Assembly (NCBI GenBank): GCA_012295275.1
Contig: CM022672.1
Location: 8,060,001-8,124,000 of the forward strand
Direction: 5' to 3'
Source of the DNA: Chrysomallon squamiferum
Lineage: Eukaryota > Animalia > Mollusca
Length of the DNA stretch: 64,000 bases
In this document: in pieces, positions 1 through 37,474 of the stretch
Layout: each line of letters opens with the position of its first letter
How positions within the stretch are numbered: position 1 is the stretch's first letter
Program-made: the position numbers and the translations under genes
The notes under the pieces: model-generated
The model's database searches: none
Seen by the model: the letters and a program-made list of their open reading frames with translations, nothing else
Told to the model about the DNA's origin: nothing

Positions 1-1202
1 CGGAAACCGAGGATAAAGTTTTTATTTTTGTTTTGTTTTATCCGCTGGTAGGTGACTGAAATAATTTACTAATTTTCACTTGTGACCTGTATTTGTGAAG
101 AAGCGATTTGAAATCTTCATTCTGTGATAATGTAGACTAACCATTTTAGCTATAATTTTAGTATTCGTTGAATTATTCTCCAAAGATATTATTATGATTT
201 TAATTGTATCACTCAGTGATTAATAATGTACAGAATATTTACCAGTTTATACTGTGAGCAGTATTTGTAAAGAAGCAGCCATTTTAGAATTTAGCATTTA
301 TTAACTGTATTTCGATTTTCTATTTTATTTATTGTCACTAATAACAACATTAATTAATAAGGTTTGTTGTTGTTGAATGGCATGCAGAGGTCTGGAGATG
401 CCTGGGGGTAACTCCTGGACTGAATGCCCCAAAGACTCGAGTATGAGGCCTGGTATTGAGAAATATTATGAGAAAGAAAGATATTTTGAATATAAACACA
501 GATGAAACATAAAATAAACCATTTATTCGATTTAAATATAAATCAACCACATTTATTAAGTTCTTTTCTCTTATTGGATGCCCCCCCCCCATTTGGAAGC
601 CAGAGCCACCGCCCCTTTATATTTATATAAACTCTGTTTTGTCTTCCTTTTATTTATTAACAAGAATTTTGCTCTTAATGTATGTTTTTATTGTTAATTG
701 TCAAATAAATAAATAAATAAATATAATTCTGTGATATTTTGCTACAAATAAAATGCTAAATTTAGTTTGAAATTTTTTTTATGATCATGTTATTTTAGTT
801 CTAGCCATTTTATTATATAATATCTGACTTGCAAAATCTTTTATAAAAATTTTCAAGTGCAAATATACTATTTTAAAAAATGTTATAGTTTTTTATGATC
901 ATGTAGTTTCCCTCTATTAATTCATTTTTTGTAGAAAACGTAACTGACGAAAGGGTTTAATAATTTTTGTTTCTACATCTGAATACCATACCAGTCAAAC
1001 ATTTGGTAGATCTAAAATAAATACAATAATAATCAATAATAATAATAATAATAATAATGAATATTCGATATTAGTATGTATTTTAAATCTAGTATTTTGA
1101 ATAAGATGACTATTTGACTTTACTGGAAAAACGTGGGTTTTTCTGATAAATTCAATCACAAATTTTTATTGATTTATTAATTAAATATATTAGTGTAATT
1201 GT
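1..1202 (+). repeat. 3' UTR/flank of a third (upstream) RPTP array unit
   Basis: 1-~615 aligns to 16762-17357 and 32885-33391; ~620-1202 aligns to ~33620-34160. Confidence 0.85.
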
Positions 1203-1520
1203 CATTTTGAAATAATCCCAATAGAACAAACGCTCATTCTCAAGTCCAAAACTGAAACTGACCTTTTTAGACTTGAACGAGAAGCGTTTTGGATTCGCAC
1301 GTTACAAACCATAAAACCATTAAAATAAATGTTGACTCGGGCAAATGTAAAAAGAGAGATAACATAATTTTCCCAATAATTTACAACCGCCGCAACGTTG
1401 ACATTGGTAAAATTATGAAGGAGCAATATTTTAACTTACAGACTACTATGAACAATCCACTAACAGCACGTCCCGTCATAGCTTACAGAAAAAAAAACAA
1501 GTCTAAATGACATTTAAGTC
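1203..1520 (+). mobile_element. Penelope-like retroelement fragment (GIY-YIG endonuclease C-terminus)
   Basis: The frame from 1203 reads HFEIIPIEQ...FRLEREAFWIRTLQTIKP, like the REXXWIXXLXTXXPXGLN end of PLE GIY-YIG domains. A frameshifted continuation IIFPIIYN...RPVIAYRK resembles another PLE motif. Confidence 0.7.
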
Positions 1521-2516
1521 TCTACGCGATTTTAGGAATAACAGCTCTATCCAAAATATTTACGAACGAATTAAAATAAATTAATAGGACCATAGGACCA
1601 AAACACACTGTAATAAACATTACAATAGTCAATTTTAAGTTAATTCGAATCCCTAGAGATAAAATTAGAAAATGATTAATTTGTTTAAGTAATAAAATAA
1701 TTTCCTGTGCCAGTGCGTTCTTTAATTCATACATACATACATACATACATATCTATATGCTCCCATACACATATGATATACTTCTCTCACTCTCTCTAAG
1801 TTCGAATGTACGGAATATAATTATCTGACTGTGTAAACACTTTACAGTGTGTCAGCGTTTTGTTCCTGTTCAATATGGTTCACTTTCTGCGTATACGCCT
1901 CTGGAATTTAAATATTGGCTCATTCATTTGTCAAACTAATTTACTCAATACAAAAAAAGAGTAAATATAGACACGACACCAGTTAAGAACGTGCAAAATA
2001 AATAAAGTAAAATAAAGTAAAGTAAAGTAAAATAAAGTAAAGTAAATAATTAAATTAAATTAAATTAAATTAAATTAAATTAAAATTAACTGTCTTATTT
2101 TATTGTTATACATTGTTATCAGTTATAATAACCCACAACAATAAAATAATAATTTGAAAAACTAAAATTTGTTATTAAGTCTTTTAAAAGTAAGTAAAAA
2201 GTAAGATGTAGCAAGAACATGTACCAGGAAGTCACTGAATGCATGTCACTGTTGAGGACATTAATATTTAATAATTTTAACATTTCTGTTAACTTTTTTT
2301 ATTATTATTAATCTTTATTACTCATTTTGTTTTCATTTGTTTTATTTATTTCTCATTTTTGTATTGTTTATTTATTGTTGTTGTTATTTGATTTATTCTG
2401 TTCTGTCCATTTAACTTTATTAAACACATACATACGTACACACACATACAACCATACACACACATACACATATGCATACATACCTACTTACATACATACT
2501 TACATACATACAAAAC

Positions 2517-2607
<91 letters not shown>

Positions 2608-2864
2608 ATCGTTGATAATATTCTGTAATGTAATTGTATATCTATCAGTCTGTCTATCCATCCATCCATATGTATCTCTCCATCTATCTCTCTATCTTAA
2701 CAAATACTGGAAGATTTAGGCTCATCGACTAAACATTTATCAAACCGCGTGTGACACGACAAATAATTACTTATCTCATTTGTAGCAATCACCGACTGTC
2801 GTGTGCCGAATAGAGACAACAAATCGTTAAAACCGAGCAAAAATTAATAATTAATTGTACTCAC

Positions 2865-2922
2865 CTATCACCAAGATGTTAATCCATGCGCCCAGGATGA
2901 TCTTCAAACATAACACTACCAT
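2865..2922 (-). CDS. Putative signal-peptide first exon of a divergent gene (orphan)
   Basis: Minus strand aaaATG GTA GTG TTA TGT TTG AAG ATC ATC CTG GGC GCA TGG ATT AAC ATC TTG GTG ATA G|gtgagt = MVVLCLKIILGAWINILVI, phase-1 consensus donor. Confidence 0.5.
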
Positions 2923-2989
2923 TTTGTTTTTTCTTTTCTCTTAAGTCAGTCTGTAAGTAAAATGGTGTTTAGTTATAACTTATATATTC

Positions 2990-3280
2990 GTTTCGCGAAT
3001 GTTGTTGCTACAGCACAGTACACAAAACGGTCACACTAAGCATGCGCAGAAGCGACGGAAGACCAAGTACAAGTCGTGACATGCGTTCATCCTCGAGCCG
3101 GCTCGCCTAAGACTTGTAGTTTTTTAATTGTTGAACGGGCACAGTTAATCGTTACAACATTACACACGTGTGGACACACCCTAGCAGCTTAGCGGCATTC
3201 CCTTCGCGTTAGTAAGCGGGGAACCGGGCAATGCGAGCCATGAAGCATTTAATTGAATAGTCTATAACCATGGCAACGGA
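2990..3280. promoter_or_regulatory. CpG-richer putative (bidirectional) promoter; duplicated at ~18970-19255
   Basis: GCATGCGCA (NRF1-like) and CGGAAG (ETS-like) at ~3040-3061; X-box-like ATAACCATGGCAAC at 3264-3277 (GTAACCATGGCAAC at 19237-19250). Confidence 0.45.
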
Positions 3281-3859
3281 GAACCACAATTTTTAACAAT
3301 AGCCAGTTGCGATACTTTGATAAATAAATAATGCTGTTTTTTCTTTTTCAATATTCGTAGAATTTTTTTTTTTGATGTGAAAGCTAATGTCTGTGGCTAT
3401 AATAATTAATGCTTAACGATTCCAATGTAAAAATTACAAATTCAATGACAAGATATAATATATAGATTGTAATTGGAGCATGTAGTTAACGTTTTAATAC
3501 AGCAGGTATAAACGAAGGTTTACGTGCATTTTATCGATCAGAAGGAGACTGTTTGTTACACATGTAGAAAGTGAAACAGAGCATTTCGCTTTCAAGTCAT
3601 GGATACGCTGATAACTGGAAATTATGGTATGTTCCCAAAACTGGCAGTCTCCAGAATATGTAATCGGTGAGGTGTTATAATCCGCTCCAGAAATGGAAAA
3701 ACTGGCGTGAGCAATTAAGGCCAATTTAGAGGCATGAAGAACAGAGAGAGCGATTAACGAGATCAACTTTAATGAGCATTGAAGAGCAGAAGTGATTCGG
3801 AATAGAGATTGCAAGAAAATTAATGTTTGCAGACATGAAATTAATGTTGTATCTCAGTA

Positions 3860-4078
3860 AAATTTGGAGACAGGAAATACTACCAATTTTAACAAGATCA
3901 GTGGATATAGGTATGCACGGCAGATTAATAACAAGAATGTCATGGAGATGTCTGTATTCGAGGTGCCTTGTCACCGTGACTACTACACCAGATGGGACTG
4001 TGGTCAGGAGAGGTAAAGACCACATCCATTCCTCGGATGAGAGCGAAGTTGCAGTCCACCTACTGACCAACACCATGC
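3860..4078 (+). mobile_element. Degenerate FLYWCH zinc-finger fragment, probably from a Mutator-like transposase
   Basis: GYRYARQINNKN, then after a frameshift SWRCLYSRCLVTVTTTPDGTVVRRGKDHIH, matching GYRY...WRC...C...HxH. The segment ~3625-4078 is replaced by unrelated sequence in copy 2. Confidence 0.6.
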
Positions 4079-4343
4079 ATATATACATATATTATTTGAA
4101 TGCCTGTGAATGCATGAATACCGCCAAAACTTCAAGTAATAGGTCACGAGTTCAAATCAATCACTGGCTTTATCAATCACTAGCTGATAGTTAGCTGAGA
4201 CTATTCATATCCAGTCAGGCGTTTCTTCGCCATGGTGTTCACAACATGCATGCATGAAGGAGGGCAGTGCCAAAGCCGTCTGGGTTTCTTACAGACAATG
4301 TACACTGCGGACCTTCGAACTGATCAATACACAAGTCATAAAT

Positions 4344-16585
<12,242 letters not shown>

Positions 16586-17099
16586 GGAAACAAACACGGT
16601 ACTCTGGATAGTTATTTCGGAATCTCGTCCCAGTATTTTCCTTATGAATAATGTTATAAATTAAACACAGAGTATTTTTTTTTTTTTTTTTTTTTGTTTA
16701 AATGACAGATTTACTTAAAATATCAGACCAGCAGCCTCGGACTAACGAAGCTTCTTGTAAACGGAATCCGAGGATAAAGTTTTCATTTTTGTTTTGTAAC
16801 TGAAATTATTTACTAATGACCTGTATTTGTGAAGAAGCGATTTGAAATCTTTACATTCTGTGATAATGTAGACTAACCATTTTAGCATTAATTTTAGCAT
16901 TCGTTGAATTATTCTCCAAATATATTATTATGATTTTATTCGTATCACTCGGTAGTTAATAATGTACAGAATATTTACCAATTTATACTGTGAGCAGTAT
17001 TTGTAAAGAAGCAGCCGTTTTAGAATTTAGCATTCATTAACTGTATTTCGATTTTCTATTTTATTTATTGTTACTAATAACAACATTAATTAATAAGGT

Positions 17100-17381
17100 T
17101 TGTTGTTGTTGAATGGCATGCAGAGGTCTGGAGATGCCTGGGGGTAACTCCTGGACTGAATGCCCCAAAGACTCGAGTATGAGGCCTGGTATTGAGAAAT
17201 ATTATGAGAAAGAAAGATATTTTGAATATAAACACAGATGAAACATAAAATAAACACTTTATTCGATTTAAATATAAATCAACCACATTTATTAAGTTCT
17301 TTTCTCTTATTGGATGCCCACTGCCCCCCCATTTGGAAGCCAGAGCCACCGCCCCTTCGGCACCCCCTCTGCACGCCACTG
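17100..17381 (-). mobile_element. Non-autonomous DNA transposon end (CAGTGGCG terminus, hAT-like)
   Basis: Minus strand from 17381 reads CAGTGGCGTGCAGAGGGGGTGCCGAAGGGGCGG; the copy at 360-617 is truncated and the terminus is absent after copy 2. Confidence 0.4.
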
Positions 17382-17776
17382 TTGTTATAAACTGTTTTTA
17401 TTTGTAATATTTTAACTAAGAACAAGAATCATTGCTAAAATAATAATAATAATGAATAAATAATATAATAAAATAAATAACATAAAATAAATAAATAATT
17501 TTAATAATGTAATAATGTTAATAACAATATAATAAAAATAAAAAGAAGGTCTCCACGCGATTTTCGGAATAACAGCTCTATCCAAAATATTTACGAACGA
17601 ATTAAAATAAATTGATAGGACCATAGGACCAAAACACACTGTAATAAACATTATAATGGTTAATTTTAAGTTAAATCGAATCCCTAGAGATAAAATTAAA
17701 TAATAAAAGAATTTCCTGTGCCAGTGCGTTCTTTAATTCATACATACATACATACATACATACATACATACATACA

Positions 17777-17807
<31 letters not shown>

Positions 17808-18547
17808 CGATATGCACCCATACACATATGATATACTTCTCTCTCTCTCTCTAAGTTCGAATGTACGGAATATAATTATCTGACTGTGTAAACACTTTAC
17901 AGTGTGTCAGCGTTTTGTTCCTGTTCAATATGGTTCACTTTCTGCGTATACGCCTCTGGAATTTAAATATTGGCTCATTCATTTGTCAAACTAATTTACT
18001 CAATACAAAAAAAGAGTAAATATAGACACGACACCAGTTAAGAACGTGCAAAATAAATAAAGTAAAATAAAGTAAAGTAAAGTAAAATAAAGTAAAGTAA
18101 ATAATTAAATTAAATTAAATTAAATTAAATAAAATTAAAATTAACTGTCTTATTTTATTGTTATACATTGTTATCAGTTATAATAACCCACAACAATAAA
18201 ATAATAATTTGAAAAACTAAAATTTGTTATTAAGTCTTTTAAAAGTAAGTAAAAAGTAAGATGTAGCAAGAACATGTACCAGGAAGTCACTGAATGCATG
18301 TCACTGTTGAGGACATTAATATTTAATAATTTTAACATTTCTGTTAACTTTTTTTATTATTATTAATCTTTATTACTCATTTTGTTTTCATTTGTTTTAT
18401 TTATTTCTCATTTTTGTATTGTTTATTTATTGTTGTTGTTATTTGATTTATTCTGTTCTGTCCATTTAACTTTATTAAGAACATACATGTGTACATACTC
18501 ATACAACCATACACACATACATACATACCTACTTACATACATAGATA

Positions 18548-18580
<33 letters not shown>

Positions 18581-18831
18581 AATTGTTGATAAATATTCTG
18601 TAATGTAATTGTATTTCTATCGATCTGTCTATCAATATGTCTAACTCCATCTATCTCTCTATCTTAACAAATACTGGAAGATTTAAGCTCATCGACTAAA
18701 CATTTATCAAACCGCGTGTGACACGATAAATAATTACTTATCTCATTTGTAGCAATCACCGACTGTCGTGTGCCGAATAGAGACAACAAATCGTTAAAAC
18801 CGAGCAAAAATTAATAATTAATTGTACTCAC

Positions 18832-18889
18832 CTATCACCAAGATGTTAATCCATGCGGCCAGGATGATTTTCAAACATAACACTCCCAT
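18832..18889 (-). CDS. Duplicate of the putative minus-strand signal-peptide exon
   Basis: MGVLCLKIILAAWINILVI G|gtgagt; ATG, frame and donor are preserved. Confidence 0.5.
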
Positions 18890-20087
18890 TTTGTTTTTTC
18901 TTTTCTCTTAGTTAGTCTGTAAGTTAGTCTGTAAGTAAAATGGTTTTAAATTATAACGTCCATACTCGTTTTGCGAATGTTGTTGCTACAGCACAGTACA
19001 CAAAACGGTCACACTAAGCATGCGCAGAAGCGACGGAAGACCAAGTACAAGTCGTGACATGCGTTTATCGCTCGCCTAAGACTTGTAGTTTTTTAATTGT
19101 TGAACGGGCACAGTTAATCGTTACAACATTACACACGTGTGGACACACCCTAGCAGCTTAGCGGCATTCCCTTCGCGTTAGTAAGCGGGGAACCGGGCAA
19201 TGCGAGCCACCTGTGAAGCATTTAATTGAATGGTCTGTAACCATGGCAACGGAGAAACACAATTTTTAACAATAGCCAGTTGCAATACTTTGATTCGTAG
19301 AAGGTTTTTTTTTTTTTTTTTTTTCCTATTATGAAAGCTAATGTCTGTGGCTTTAATATTCATGCTTAACGATTCCAATCTAATAATATTTAAAATATTA
19401 TTAAAAATTTTTTTTATAAAATTCAGTGACAAGATATAATATATAGATTGTAACTGGAGCATGTAGTTAAGATTTTAATACCGCAGGTATAAAGGAAGGT
19501 TTACGTGCATTTTATCGATCACAAGGAGACTGTTTCACACACATGTAGAAAGTGAAACAGAGTAACGGTTTTGCAGAAAACAAGCTGAAACACAGTATCG
19601 ATACCACGGCATTTCGCTTTCAAATCATGGATACGCTGATAACTGGAACTTACGCGACGGCACTAAAAGTGTTCAATGTATGACCTGGCAAGACTTGATC
19701 TCTCAGCTATTTATAACCACATTGTTATTTTGCCGCGTGACGCGATCGAAGGTAAAAATACATTAATAATAACATGTGTGCTGTTTACATATATGTAAGA
19801 TATATATATATATTATTTGAATGCCTGTGGATGGATTAATACCGCCAAAACGTCAAGTAATAGGTCACGAGTTCAAATCAATCACTGGCTTTATGTATGG
19901 CTGGTGGTTAGCTGAGAGTATTCATATCCAGTCAGGCGTTTCTTCGCCATGGTGTTGACAACGTGCATGTATGGCAGGAGGGCTGTGCCAAAGACGTCTG
20001 GGTTTCTTACAGACAACGTACACTGACCGGCACTGCAGACACTAGATAAGGATATATTTCGGACTGATCAACACACAAGTCACAAAT

Positions 20088-32776
<12,689 letters not shown>

Positions 32777-34205
32777 TGACGAGTGGTTATAAATTAAACA
32801 CAGAGTGATTGTTTTTTTTTTTAAATGACAGATTTGCTTAAATTATCACACCAGCAGCCTCGGACTAACGAAGCTTCTTGTTAACGGAAACCGAGGATAA
32901 AGTTTTTATTTTTGTTTTGTTTTATCCGCTGGTAGGTGACTGAAATAATTTACTAATTTTCAGTTGTGACCTGTCTTTGTGAAGAATCGATTTGAAATCT
33001 TTACATTCTGTGATAATGTAGACTAACCATTTTAGCTATAATTTTAGTATTCGTTGAATTATTCTCCAAATATATTATTATGATTTTATTCGTATCACTC
33101 GGTAGTTAATAATGTACAGAATATTTACCAATTTATACTGTGAGCAGTATTTGTAAAGAAGCAGCCGTTTTAGAATTTAGCATTCATTAACTGTATTTCG
33201 ATTTTCTATTTTATTTATTGTTACTAATAACAACATTAATTAATAAGGTTTGTTGTTGTTGAATGGCATGCAAAGGTCTGGAGATGTCCGGGGCCAAATC
33301 CTTGACTGAATGCCCCAAAGACTCGAGTATAAGGCCTGGTATTGAGAAATATTATGAGAAAGAAAGATATTTTGAATATAAACACAGATGAAAAATAATA
33401 ACAATAATAAATAATAAAATAACATAAAATAAAATAAATGAATAAATAAATAAATAAAAATAAACTAATAATGTTAATAACAATAAAATAAAAAGAAGGT
33501 AAGGAAAAAAGATGAAGAAAAATATTAGGAGTGCAGTTAAATATAGTAATAAACACTGTATAATAATTTTATTTTTAATCTTCCATTATTTTAGTTACTG
33601 TTTATTCTGTTTATATACATACATATTTATATAACTTCTGTTCTGTCTTCCTTTTGTTTATTACCGCTGTTTTCTCTTAATGCATGTTTTTATTGTTAAC
33701 TGTCAAGTGCCAAATATACTTCTGTGATATTTTGCTACAAATAAAATGCTAAATTTAGTTTGAAATTTTTATGATCATGTAGCGTTCTAGCCATTATTAT
33801 ACAACATCTGACTTGCAAAAGCTTTTATAAAGACTTACAACCTATTTTCAAATTTTATAGTTTTTTTAGCTTTGTATTTTAAAACATATTTTTTTCCCTC
33901 TATTAATTCGTTTTCTGTAGAACTGACAAATGGGTACAATAATAGCTACATCTGAATACCATACCAGTCAAAATACATTTGATAGATCTAAAGCAAATAC
34001 AATAATAATCAATAATAATAATGAATATTCGATAATGGTATGTATTTTGAATCTAGTGACAAGATGACTATTTGAGTTTACTGGAAAAACGTGGGTTTTA
34101 CTGATAAATTCAATCACAAATTTTTATTGATTTATTAATTAAATATATTAGTGTAATTGTTCCTGTAAAAGCAATAATGTGCATGAAATATGTCTCCATA
34201 AAGTG

Positions 34206-34247
<42 letters not shown>

Positions 34248-35381
34248 GTGTTGCGCGCGCGCCTGTGTATGTATTAATATCAGTGATGTCATGAAAAAAT
34301 ATTTAAAAAACGTTACTAAAAGGATTCTTTATTTACACTAAGACATGACCAATTATATCTATTTATAATTAACAACCCAGTTGTAAATGTTTGCAGAAAT
34401 AAAAGTGATATATTACGTAATACTTTGTTTTCTTGTCTCTTTTATTGTTATTTTAATAGATCATTATTCGTTCAGTGCTGTTGTTTTGTTGTGGTTATTG
34501 TTGTTTTTTGTTATTTGTTTTGATTTTTTTTTTTCTTTGTCACATTTATATTATTTTTATTTATTTATTAATCATACATGAAGTTAAAAAAATAAATAAA
34601 TAAATATTGTTCCTGTAATTTTGTGTATATGCAGTTGTACTAATAATATTAATAAATAAAAGCTAAAGGAAAGTAAAAGACACACACACACACAAACGCA
34701 CACACACACACGCACACACACATTTAAAAGAAATGAAGGAATTGATAGCATGCGTGATGTTGGTAATTTTAAAATTCTGAGTTAATAAAAAGAGTTGAAA
34801 TTATTTATCGTGGATTTATATTAATTGTTCGGTCACTGTATGGGTTCTGTTCTAAGAGAAGGTAACCATAACGGTAATAAACTGGTATTGTAAACAGTTA
34901 CGACAGAGAGAGAACCAGATATTTCAAATGAGTATTGGTTAAGATGTGTTAAATGTAACGTCTTACTTTGCTATCAACGTAAAACGTACTTTGATAGCTA
35001 AAATTAAAAACTAAATATTTAATAAAAAGTGACACATGATAAAGTGCAATAAATGTAAATTATATTTTTGTCACTAATTATTATTTGCAAGTATAATAAT
35101 TAGCACTGTCACTCTCTGTATTATATTTAAAATTCAGATTCACACCCAGTGCACAGTACGAATGATGGATTCTCCAGAATTTTAGTTAACTCAGAAGCAT
35201 ATATTGCTTTTGTTGAAGATACATTGAATCATGTACAGAAACTCTCCACCAGAACAAAGATCAACGACAAATGATGTTTTTTTATTAATGAAAGCCTCAA
35301 ACGTTCCACTGATAAAATTATAACTTATTCTTCAAAAATACATTTGAAATAAAAGCTATATATGCTAGGTTCGCGCGCGCG

Positions 35382-35437
<56 letters not shown>

Positions 35438-35688
35438 AACGCATACAGACGTACATATATATACATATAACAGACATACACTTACAAATAAACACACATA
35501 CACAAAGCAATAGTTGTGAAATCCTATGAAAAGACCTTTATTTATTTATTTATTTATTTATTTATTTCTTTGAATAATCAAAAATAATGATTAATTAATT
35601 TATGAAACATGACTAGTTGGAAATCATATAGTTACAGTATTTATAAAAAATTTAATGTATTTACAAATATATATTATTATAATTAATA

Positions 35689-35735
<47 letters not shown>

Positions 35736-35876
35736 ATACAATTCATAAACACATAAAAGGAAATTTTAAAATTAAAGTCATTTTATATATTTATTTATTA
35801 CTGTTCCTTTGTTTCTGTTTTACGATGCGAGTTTTGTTTTTACTTTTGACGTAATCAACCGTTTTTAATCGGAGCC

Positions 35877-35944
35877 GTTGCTATGGACGCGGTAAAGGAA
35901 TTTTAACAACGAAGAACACAAACCCGGAAGTGTATTCTACCAAT
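35877..35944 (+). promoter_or_regulatory. Putative WDR38 promoter (RFX X-box-like, ETS, CCAAT)
   Basis: GTTGCTATGGACGC 35877-35890, CCGGAAGTG 35924-35932, CCAAT 35940-35944 in a CpG-richer patch upstream of a probable non-coding first exon ending at the donor caatcag|gtaaat (~36287). Confidence 0.55.
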
Positions 35945-37474
35945 CACTAAAACGGAATAAAATACCGCGAAATCAAACAAAATTTGTTTTGTACGAACCA
36001 TAGAGTAAAACTGTGATTTATCGATCTCTTTAAATTGATTTTTGTTATTTAACTTTCGTGGTATCCGTCTGAAGTGTTTACAGAATGATAAATTATCTCC
36101 TATGGGCGCCGATTACATAGACAAGTATCAAAATCGACACAAAAACATCAGAATAATGAGAATGGACATTCAATGATTAATCTGAATACTAAACAATTTG
36201 CGGTTGCTTGGGCGGTTCCACAAACGCTTAAATGGGGATTTCGGTGGATTAATATTTATCATTACTTTCTACAAGTAGAACAATCAGGTAAATTGACATG
36301 CAGTCGTAATAAGAATCAGCTGAATATGTTACGTGTTTATAAAACAACTAACAGCAGTAATGAGCTGTGTTTACTTTTAATACTAAATAATATTTCATAT
36401 TCAAATTGATGGTTTTGTTTGTTTTTCGTCTGTTTTGTGTTCTGTTTTGTTTTGTTTTATTTTTTATATATGTTTGTTGTTGTTTTATTTTTGTTTGCTT
36501 TTTATGTTTAACATAAATGTATATGTGAATAAATTGTTACAGTCCTCAACAATTTTCAGTCAGATTTGAAATATAATAAAATATAATAAAAACAAAATAA
36601 AAGTGTGAGTAAACATCATATGTTAAGTGTTTTAATCAATATCAAAGACTGACTGCCCACCTCAGTATGTGAATATTTTCAATATAATTACGCAGTTTGA
36701 CAGATTTGTTTGTTACAACATTATACACTGTTTCAGTTATACAGTATTCTGTTTTATATCAGTCAGTTTCTTCGTACAGTAATAATATACCTACCTTTTT
36801 CTTACTTTTTTTTTTTTTCCGAATAACCATGCTTATACATTATTTTAATTTGTCTGTGTACAAGATATATTTTATGAGTTAATTTATTCATATAGTTATT
36901 AGTTTCTAACTCCCATAGTCAATGTGTTTTGCACAGTTGTCATTAAGAATTTATTCATTTCTACTTTATAATGTTGTTGTTGTTGTTGTTATTTTTTTAT
37001 TATCATTTTTTTTTTTTTTTTTTTTTTTTTTTGATCCTGACTTATTAGACATTCAGGAAACTACTGATCTAAAAACGAGTTAAGTGATTACATGTAACAT
37101 ATTGATTTCCACCTCCTATTGATGTAATTACACAAAAGCCTGCTGAATGCTTTTGGTACTTGTCTGACTTAAAACAGATCAAACACACTGAGACAAAGGT
37201 AATTCTGGACACAGTGTGCACTGTGTTATATCATGTTTGATAACATCACTAATCACCACATATACTCAGTACAGAGTTTTAACATAACAGCTTCTGATCT
37301 TACAGTACAGTGAACACACAGAATTTGATTAGAAATGTATTTATTTATTATTTTGTTTACTTGTTTTTTGTTTGTTTGTTTATTTCTTTGTCTATTTGTT
37401 TATTTATTTAATTATATGTGTATTTGTTTGTTTGTTTGTTTTAGGTGAATATTTTGGAGCACTGAATACATAAA

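Noticed and set aside
350-592. Minus-strand ORF recurring at 17086-17379 and 33236-33556
   Set aside because: Recurs only because it lies in the duplicated 3' flank/TE remnant; starts differ and there is no protein-like signal.
35138-35274. Possible orphan terminal exon (SHPVHSTNDGFSRILVNSEAYIAF...K*)
   Set aside because: Weak acceptor, no upstream partner exon and no recognisable homology.
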